This document shows positions 38,113 through 44,370 of a DNA stretch of 64,000 bases, piece by piece. The DNA is from an uncultured Clostridia bacterium (GTDB lineage: Bacteria; Bacillota; Clostridia; TANB77; CAG-508): contig CAUWGA010000005.1 of NCBI GenBank assembly GCA_963558245.1, positions 813 to 64,812 of the forward strand, given 5' to 3'. The first letter of the stretch is position 1. Every line of letters starts with the position of its first letter. A program made the position numbers and the translations under genes. The notes below the pieces were generated by a model. That model did not search any database and was not told the origin of the DNA. It was given only the letters and a program-made list of their open reading frames with translations.

Positions 38113-38496
38113 TTATATTTTAAATTCTACCTTTATAACTCGAGCAATTTCCTCAATGATAGTTTTATTGGTAAAATAGTATTGGTCATATTCAAAACCA
38201 AAAACTTTTTCAAAATTTGCTTTTGATTTTTGCTCATTTCTATTATCTATTGCATATTTTATACTATTTCTAATTTGAACGCTATTAAAGGTCTTATACT
38301 TTAATGCTATTTGTTTATAAATATCTTCAAATATAATAAATTCTTCTTGACTATTTATAATTATCAAAATAGCTTTAATTAATAGTTTAGTACCTTTTAG
38401 TGTTGGAATTAAACCTAGTTTTTGCAATATGTTATAAATTATTATTGTATATCTAGTATCTATTAAATTATTAGTTTTGTTATCATTCTCTATCAA
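38113..38496 (-). CDS. Spo0A C-terminal (DNA-binding) domain-only protein
   Basis: IIYNILQKLGLIPTLKGTKLLIKAILII...IYKQIALKYKTFNSVQIRNSIKYAIDN...FEKVFGFE...TNKTIIEEIARVI aligns motif for motif with the Spo0A effector domain (IHEIGVPAHIKGY.YLR.AI...LYP.IAKKFNTT.SRVERAIRHAIEVAW...LFGYT...PTNSEFIA). There is no receiver domain. Confidence 0.7.
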   Translation of the reverse strand: MIENDNKTNNLIDTRYTIIIYNILQKLGLIPTLKGTKLLIKAILIIINSQEEFIIFEDIYKQIALKYKTFNSVQIRNSIKYAIDNRNEQKSKANFEKVFGFEYDQYYFTNKTIIEEIARVIKVEFKI

Positions 38497-38728
38497 CTTA
38501 AAATCTCCTATATTTCATAAAATTATTATTTTAAGTAATTACTATGTTTATAATATAACAATTTTATGTAAATATGACAAAAAATTAAAACTTACGTCAT
38601 ACGCAATGAAGTTTGCATATGACGTAAATTTTTTCGTTTTTTTCCCAATAATTTTTGATAATAATAACAAAAACCAATGAAAATTTGTAAAAATCACAAA
38701 ATATTACGTTTAACGTAATAAAAAACAC

Positions 38729-38973
38729 AGGAGACCAACAAAATGGAAAAGCCCCTGTGTTTTAACCTTAAATATTACTATTTAAAGTTATATAATTAAA
38801 TTAAACTATTGCACCTGTTTAATTTAACTAACTTAATTATACAAAAAATCTATATAAATTTCAATATTTTTTATTTATAGGGGAAAAATATTCCCCCTTT
38901 TAGCTCGAACGGGTTAAGCTCCCGGACTTCCGACCGCCTAGACAAAATTCATTTTCCATTTTGTTGGTCTCCT
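38729..38973. repeat. 22-bp perfect inverted repeat pair enclosing a 201-bp structured segment
   Basis: AGGAGACCAACAAAATGGAAAA at 38729-38750 is the exact reverse complement of 38952-38973. Each arm contains an SD plus ATG pointing inward. Confidence 0.75.
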
Positions 38974-39252
38974 CTCTTTATATATTCTACAAGTAAAAAT
39001 TCAATTATGATACAAGGAGATAACAACAAATATTAAAATCCCAGAAAGTCCAAGCAGGTGCAATACTTGGGCTTAAAATCATAATTGAATACAAGTATTG
39101 CAACCTGTAAAACAGCTTTTGCCGTTCTTTCTACTTAATAGTAATTTAATTATACCATATTTTGGAACAAATCTCAATATTACTAGAGGCTCTAGCAATA
39201 GCATTGATTTAATCGAGGATATATACTATAATTATGTAAAGTAGGTGGTTTT

Positions 39253-39972
39253 ATGTCTGGATTTAATAAAAAAGATTTTGGAGAAAATATTAGAAAATTT
39301 AGAAGAATCAAAGGATTAAGTCAAGAAAATTTGGCAATGGCTATCGGAAAAACATCCGCAACAATTGCCAGATATGAAGCAGGCGAAATAACACCTAGTG
39401 CAGAGCAAATATATATGATATGTAATGAATTAGATATTTACGAATATCAGCTTTTTAATAGCACAAGAAAAATTAACAATGCTGATACTATTATAAATCC
39501 CTTTAATACCAATGTTCTTTATTTATATTACATAGCATATTATCCAAAATCTAAAAAATATGACAAAGAAAAATTCAAATTAAAACTTATAGAAAAGCCT
39601 GATATATGCAAGGTAGATTTTATGGATTATAAAACAGATTATATTTATTTATCAGGATATTTACAAGCAGACCACCATATCGCTGTATTTATATTTGAAA
39701 ATTACAAAGAAAACAATTTACGTTTTGAACTTTCACATCTTATAGTTAATATCGTTGATGGAACAAATAAATTAATGCTAGGTACTTTCCATTGTACTAA
39801 TGGAGAATATATACCAAGTATTAGAAAATGTCTTATTTCTAAAGAAGATTTAGAATTTACTGACAAACTATTAGACAAATTAAAAATAACAGATGTAGAA
39901 AAAGAACAATTAAATAATAATAATATTTTATATTTAGACATAACAAACACTTATGATTTTGAGAATAAATAA
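39253..39972 (+). CDS. XRE-family HTH regulator with an uncharacterised ~170-aa C-terminal domain (likely IME master regulator)
   Basis: FGENIRKFRRIKGLSQENLAMAIGKTSATIARYEAGEITPS is a canonical Cro/C1 HTH. SD GGTGG. Confidence 0.7.
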   Translation: MSGFNKKDFGENIRKFRRIKGLSQENLAMAIGKTSATIARYEAGEITPSAEQIYMICNELDIYEYQLFNSTRKINNADTIINPFNTNVLYLYYIAYYPKSKKYDKEKFKLKLIEKPDICKVDFMDYKTDYIYLSGYLQADHHIAVFIFENYKENNLRFELSHLIVNIVDGTNKLMLGTFHCTNGEYIPSIRKCLISKEDLEFTDKLLDKLKITDVEKEQLNNNNILYLDITNTYDFENK

Positions 39973-40117
39973 ATTAAATATTATAATCACTTAAATAGCT
40001 TGAAATGTAGTTTATATCTATTGTTTCAAGCTATTTTTTGTTATCTCTCGTAAAATTACTTTTAAAATCGCTAAAACACCTTATTTATATAGGGTTACAG
40101 AACACAACGTTTTTAAA

Positions 40118-40181
40118 TTTTCTTACAACTTCTTACAAATCTTTACAATCCATTACATTCCCTTATAAATTCTTACAAAAA
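40118..40181 (+). repeat. Iteron-like array: six ~10-bp phased copies of TCTTACAA-like units
   Basis: TTCTTACAAC TTCTTACAAA TCTTTACAAT CCATTACATT CCCTTATAAA TTCTTACAAAA. Confidence 0.6.
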
Positions 40182-40273
40182 TACATTTTAGCCTTGTTTT
40201 TTTGTATCATAAAACCAGCTTAAGCAAATAAGATTTTCGAAAATCTAAATTATTTGAAAAGAGGTTTTATTAA

Positions 40274-40513
40274 ATGAGAAAAATTAAAAAAGCAATTACA
40301 AAAGATAATTTAAAAAAGCAAGACAACCTATTTGTAAAAGATACAATAAGTTTAGATGATGAGAAAAATGCAAAATTTTTTGATACTTTATCTTATCAAA
40401 TATATTTAAGAACTTTTAGTATTGGAAATGGTGATAATTATGAAAAAAGACGAAATGATAATAATCTACAAAGAGGTAGGAAAAAATCCAGAACTAAAAA
40501 AGATAAAAAATAA
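40274..40513 (+). CDS. Hypothetical basic protein (79 aa); coding status uncertain
   Basis: ORF with SD GAGG. Its 3' end overlaps the DUF3846-like gene by ~70 nt in another frame. Confidence 0.3.
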   Translation: MRKIKKAITKDNLKKQDNLFVKDTISLDDEKNAKFFDTLSYQIYLRTFSIGNGDNYEKRRNDNNLQRGRKKSRTKKDKK

Positions 40514-40946
40514 TATACAAGAGTTTGAACAAATACTTGGTGGAAAAACCGCCTGTATTCCTTATGAAAATATAATGATTGTTTGTAAGGAAAATCGAAA
40601 AAATTTACAACCTAACATATATATCAATACAAAATTTTTAGGACTTGGAGAAACTATAAGAGGAAATATTATTATAACCGCTAAAAATGAACAAAATTTT
40701 AAAACTTTAAGTAAAGAACAAGTTATTGAAAATATAAGATTTTTAAGAAATGCAAGTTTTCACTATAACAATGTAAATAATAAATCAAAGTATAAGGATT
40801 TTGTTACAAGTTTTAAAAAGGAATTAAAAATAAATAATAAGGAAAGAGATTTTGACAATATAAAAATGCAAAATGACGAAGTTCTAAATTTGATTTTAGC
40901 TATTCAAACAGTAATTTTAGAATTCATTAGGAATAAGAAAAATTAA
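40440..40946 (+). CDS. DUF3846-like protein (family common on conjugative/mobilizable elements)
   Basis: IIIYKEVGKNPELKKIKNNIQEFEQILGGKTACIPYENIMIVCKENRKNL...GNIIITAKNEQNFKTLSKEQ follows the DUF3846 pattern as I recall it. Start chosen at the ATG at 40440. Confidence 0.5.
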   Translation: MKKDEMIIIYKEVGKNPELKKIKNNIQEFEQILGGKTACIPYENIMIVCKENRKNLQPNIYINTKFLGLGETIRGNIIITAKNEQNFKTLSKEQVIENIRFLRNASFHYNNVNNKSKYKDFVTSFKKELKINNKERDFDNIKMQNDEVLNLILAIQTVILEFIRNKKN

Positions 40947-40965
40947 AAAGAAAGGTAAATGTAAC

Positions 40966-41274
40966 ATGGAAGAATTAAATAAAATAAGTGAAAAAGTAAT
41001 AAATGAAATACAAAATACAGAAACAAAAAATATCGTAATTGAAACAAAAGAAATATTAACACCAGAAGAAAGAATGGCAATAGATACTATTAGAAGAGTT
41101 AATAATCCTTTTAAAATGCTTACCGTAAAAGACATTATGAATGATTTAGGTATTTGTGAAAGTATTGCCTATAAGACTTTTAGAAGAGAGGATTTTCCTT
41201 CAATAAATATAGGAAAAAATAATCAAATAATGTTACTTGCTTATCTAATATGGAAAATGCAAAAAAGAGTTTAG
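40966..41274 (+). CDS. xis: Excisionase-like / HTH_17-type small DNA-binding protein
   Basis: C-terminal LTVKDIMNDLGICESIAYKTFRREDFPSINIGKN. Lies immediately upstream of the integrase, 12 nt before its ATG. Confidence 0.55.
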   Translation: MEELNKISEKVINEIQNTETKNIVIETKEILTPEERMAIDTIRRVNNPFKMLTVKDIMNDLGICESIAYKTFRREDFPSINIGKNNQIMLLAYLIWKMQKRV

Positions 41275-41286
41275 GCGGTGGTAAAT

Positions 41287-42507
41287 ATGAAAAGCAGTAA
41301 AAATAAAACTGGTAGTATCTATTATGATAAAAATGCAAAAAAATTTAGGTGTATTTATTATGTAAAAGAAAAGAATTCTATGGACGAAACTAGAAAAACA
41401 AAATCTTTTTATACAGAACAAGAAGCAAAAGCCTTTTTCAAAACAATTCAATGTCAAAAAGGTAATGACATATACATAAAAAATAATGGAATCCCTTTAA
41501 ATCAACTTATGCGAGCTTTAGCTAAAAGAAAATTAGATATGAATATTATTAAAGAAACTCAATATAGTAGGATATTGTCAGCAATAAAAAAATTAGAAAA
41601 AGAGCCTTTTACTAAAAAGAATATAGAAGATATAGCAAGCGACGAAATACAAGCATATCTTAATTCATTAAAAAATTATAGTCAGTCAACAATATCAAAA
41701 GAAAAAGACCAGTTTGCACAAGCTTTTAAATATGCTTTAAATAAAGGATACATTTTAGAAAATCCCATGATAGAAGTTATTGAGCCAAAAAGTAATAAAC
41801 CACCTAAAATTGTAAGAGCATTAGAAATTGAGGAACAGCAAATGCTTACTAATTATTTAATGAATATTCCTCTCGAAAATGAGCCATACAAGGTTGCTTA
41901 TTTAATGCAAATGTATTTAGGTCTACGAATTGGAGAAGCACTAGCTTTAAAAACAAGTGATATAAATTTAGAAAGAAATTTAATACATATATCTAGAACT
42001 TTAACATTTGATAAAGACCACAAACTTATTATGGGAGAATTTCCGAAAACTTTTGCTGGGATTAGAGATGTACCTATACCTAAATTCATAAGAGAAGAAA
42101 TAATAAATCAAATGAGATTAGCCGAAAATCATAAGGAAAATCTTTTATTTGTAAATTCACAAGGCAATTATGCTGACCCTAAAAATGCCAATAAATTTTT
42201 AAAGAGTACATTAAAAAAAGTCAATATAAACGACATTACTACCCATAGTTTGAGACACACTTATGGTACAAGGTGCATTGAAGCAGGTATGCGAGCTGTC
42301 GCACTTCAAAGACTTATGGGACATAGTGATATATCTGTTACAATGAATACTTATGTGTCTGTTTTCAACAAATATAAAGAGGCTGAATTGGAAAAATTAA
42401 ATGATTATTATTTAAACAATAATATGTTTCAACCTACAGTTTTTCAATTATTAGAAAAAAATAATTATTATGTAGATAAGGAGAACAACCAAAATGAAGA
42501 AAGATAA
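41287..42507 (+). CDS. int: Tyrosine-type site-specific integrase
   Basis: Catalytic signature GLRIGEALAL (R), HSLRHTYGTRCIEAG (HxxR) and MGHSDISVTMNTYVSV (H...Y). The N-terminal SAM-like domain carries YLNSLKNYSQSTISKEKDQF. Confidence 0.85.
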   Translation: MKSSKNKTGSIYYDKNAKKFRCIYYVKEKNSMDETRKTKSFYTEQEAKAFFKTIQCQKGNDIYIKNNGIPLNQLMRALAKRKLDMNIIKETQYSRILSAIKKLEKEPFTKKNIEDIASDEIQAYLNSLKNYSQSTISKEKDQFAQAFKYALNKGYILENPMIEVIEPKSNKPPKIVRALEIEEQQMLTNYLMNIPLENEPYKVAYLMQMYLGLRIGEALALKTSDINLERNLIHISRTLTFDKDHKLIMGEFPKTFAGIRDVPIPKFIREEIINQMRLAENHKENLLFVNSQGNYADPKNANKFLKSTLKKVNINDITTHSLRHTYGTRCIEAGMRAVALQRLMGHSDISVTMNTYVSVFNKYKEAELEKLNDYYLNNNMFQPTVFQLLEKNNYYVDKENNQNEER

Positions 42508-42509
42508 AT

Positions 42510-42843
42510 TTGTAAAATTGATAAATTAAAATTTGATCAATTTTACAAATGCAATGGGAAGGGGATGGGAAACCGACATAGGTTTCCCATAAACAAGATT
42601 TTTTGAAGAAATTATTTATAGTATATTATTTGTTAATAGTAGTAACAAATAATTATAGATAATTCCAAAAAATCTTGTATAGGGGTTTATTAAGGGGATT
42701 TTTCCCCTTAATCATACAGAACATTTTTAATGTTCTAGTATGTTAGAACACTGAAGTGTCCCTCTTTTTTTGGACTAGCTAATAAGTATTATAGCATAAG
42801 TAAGGCTACGTAGCACTACCCTAGAAGAAAGAAGGTGTAATAT
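42510..42843 (+). promoter_or_regulatory. Candidate oriT / mob promoter region with four separate inverted repeats
   Basis: IRs at 42565-42590 (ATGGGAAACC/GGTTTCCCAT), 42691-42710 (TAAGGGGA/TCCCCTTA), 42718-42737 (AGAACATT/AATGTTCT), plus ACAAGATTTTTT/AAAAAATCTTGT. The position upstream of a MobV relaxase is typical for oriT. Confidence 0.35.
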
Positions 42844-43818
42844 GTGAGCTATGCAATAATTAGAAATACCAATTATAAAATGAAAAATTTAGCTGGAATA
42901 TATAGACATAATGAAAGGAAAAATACTAATTATTCAAATAAAGATATTAACAAAGAATATTCCAAATTAAATTATTCTATAAAAGCCCCTTACTCTACTT
43001 ATGAGAAAATTTTTAGAGATACAAAAGAAAAATATAATTTGCAAGGCATGATAAAAAAAGTAAGTAATGTAATGTGTGAATTTATTATTACATCAGATAA
43101 AGAATTTTTTAAAGCAATCGGAGAAGAAGAAACAAAAAGATATTTTGAAACAGCATATAAATTTGTAGCAAATTATAATAATCTAGGAGAAGCTTTTATT
43201 GTATCAGCTAAAGTACATAATGATGAAAGCACTCCACACATGCACATTGTATTTATTCCAGTTGTTCATAAAAAAGATAAAAATGGAAAAGAAATTAGAA
43301 AAATTGCTTGTAGTGAATATTGGAAAGGTAAAGACAGTTATAGAAAATTACAAGACAACTTTTACTCATATATGACAAAATCTGGATTCAATTTAAAACG
43401 TGGCAACAAAGAAGAAAATGAACATATACCAATAGCAAAATTGAAAAAAATAACTAATTATGAATTGCAGGAAACTTTTGAAGAAACTAAACATTATGAA
43501 CAAGAAAACAATACTAATGATATTGAGATTATGCGAAATGATTATAAACGTGTTATTAAAAAATTTAATACCCTTGCCAAAAGATATAACAAGATAAAAA
43601 ATATAGTAGACGAAACCATGTGCAAAACAGAACAGATACAATTAGAAAACTACAATTTAAAGCAAGAAAATGAAAAGCTAAAACAAGAAAATATACACCT
43701 TAAAGATTATATTAACAAAACTTTTGAATATGTTAGTATATTATTTGACTTTTCAAAAGATACATTAAAAAGATTAGTAAATTCATTTATAAATAATATT
43801 AATTTTAAAAGTAGATAG
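42844..43818 (+). CDS. mob: MobV-family (Mob/Pre) relaxase
   Basis: GTG start. N-terminus MSYAIIRNTNYKMKNL, HNERKN, and histidine motif HNDESTPHMHIVFIPV. C-terminal coiled coil (LKQENEKLKQENIHLK). Confidence 0.8.
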   Translation: MSYAIIRNTNYKMKNLAGIYRHNERKNTNYSNKDINKEYSKLNYSIKAPYSTYEKIFRDTKEKYNLQGMIKKVSNVMCEFIITSDKEFFKAIGEEETKRYFETAYKFVANYNNLGEAFIVSAKVHNDESTPHMHIVFIPVVHKKDKNGKEIRKIACSEYWKGKDSYRKLQDNFYSYMTKSGFNLKRGNKEENEHIPIAKLKKITNYELQETFEETKHYEQENNTNDIEIMRNDYKRVIKKFNTLAKRYNKIKNIVDETMCKTEQIQLENYNLKQENEKLKQENIHLKDYINKTFEYVSILFDFSKDTLKRLVNSFINNINFKSR

Positions 43819-43845
43819 AACTAAATTTTGCAGTTCTATCTTTTC
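43813..43845 (+). terminator. Intrinsic terminator of mob
   Basis: AGATAGAACT...AGTTCTATCTTTT. Confidence 0.6.
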
Positions 43846-43952
43846 CGTGCAATCCGTGCAAAAATCATACTAACTAAATCTGTGTATCGACTGATACTGT
43901 TGAATTACAAAGAATATTTTTCCGTGCATTTCGTCCGTGCAATTTCCGTGCA
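43845..43952 (+). repeat. Five direct copies of CCGTGCA(A) near the tRNA-proximal IME end (candidate arm-type recombinase sites)
   Basis: Copies at 43845, 43854, 43922, 43935 and 43946. Two degenerate copies (TCGTGCA, TCCGTGTA) lie at 34501-34518 near the other end, and two more in the remnant at 32867-32884. Confidence 0.55.
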
Positions 43953-44057
43953 GAAGCAAAAAAACAACAAAAAATGGCAAATAATTTTGAATATAGTTTG
44001 AATAATGAAAGTGACTAGAACAAAGTAATATCAATACTTACAAGTAATTTTGAATAA

Positions 44058-44109
44058 AAATAAAAAAAGCTGAAATCGGTTAAAATTTCAACTTTTTGGT
44101 GGGCAGGGA
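44058..44109. repeat. Right 52-bp direct repeat (att site), overlapping the tRNA-Tyr 3' end
   Basis: Matches 34399-34450 at 51 of 52 positions. Confidence 0.8.
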
Positions 44110-44182
44110 TGGATTCGAACCATCGTACTCGTATGAGAACAGATTTACAGTCTGCCGCCTTTAGCCACTCGGCCACCTACCC
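44097..44182 (-). tRNA. tRNA-Tyr (GUA), type II with long variable arm, CCA encoded
   Basis: GGGTAGGTGGCCGAGTGGCTAAAGGCGGCAGACTGTAAATCTGTTCTCATACGAGTACGATGGTTCGAATCCATCCCTGCCCACCA folds by hand into a cloverleaf. Anticodon loop is CTGTAAA. Confidence 0.9.
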
Positions 44183-44197
44183 GTATCATAAATAAAA

Positions 44198-44274
44198 TGG
44201 TGCTCCCTCAAGGATTCGAACCTTGGACCCACCGGTTATGAGCCGGTTGCTCTGACCAACTGAGCTAAGGGAGC
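44198..44274 (-). tRNA. tRNA with CAU anticodon, more likely tRNA-Ile2 (lysidine) than elongator tRNA-Met
   Basis: GCTCCCTTAGCTCAGTTGGTCAGAGCAACCGGCTCATAACCGGTGGGTCCAAGGTTCGAATCCTTGAGGGAGCACCA. The G1-C72 pair excludes an initiator. C4-G69/C5-G68 and the CTCATAA loop resemble known tRNA-Ile2. Confidence 0.85.
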
Positions 44275-44301
44275 ATTACACTCTTACTTACGACAAGTTA
44301 A

Positions 44302-44330
44302 AGTATAAACCATTTTAATATAATTGTCAA
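44302..44330 (-). promoter_or_regulatory. Sigma-A promoter of the tRNA pair (TTGACA-17-TATACT)
   Basis: On the minus strand, TTGACA lies at 44330-44325 and TATACT at 44307-44302. Confidence 0.5.
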
Positions 44331-44370
44331 GCATTTTTATATAATATTTTTTATTTTTTACATATTTTTT

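Larger units (their letters stand above)
34399..44109. mobile_element. Integrative mobilizable element (IME) in the tRNA-Tyr 3' end
   Basis: Flanking 52-bp direct repeats. Carries tyrosine integrase, Xis-like HTH, MobV relaxase and regulators. No T4SS, replication or phage structural genes. Confidence 0.7.

Noticed and set aside
40038-40223. 61-aa plus-strand ORF
   Set aside because: It runs through the TCTTACAA iteron array. The repetitive L/K/T translation is a by-product of the repeats.
43845-43952. Possible CRISPR array or other spacer-repeat structure
   Set aside because: The repeats are only 7-8 bp and irregularly spaced, and no cas genes are present. They fit recombinase arm sites better. 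No CRISPR-like array was seen anywhere in the window.
30688-44109. Prophage
   Set aside because: There are no capsid, portal, terminase, tail or lysis genes. The integrase, Xis-like gene and MobV relaxase point to an IME, not a phage.
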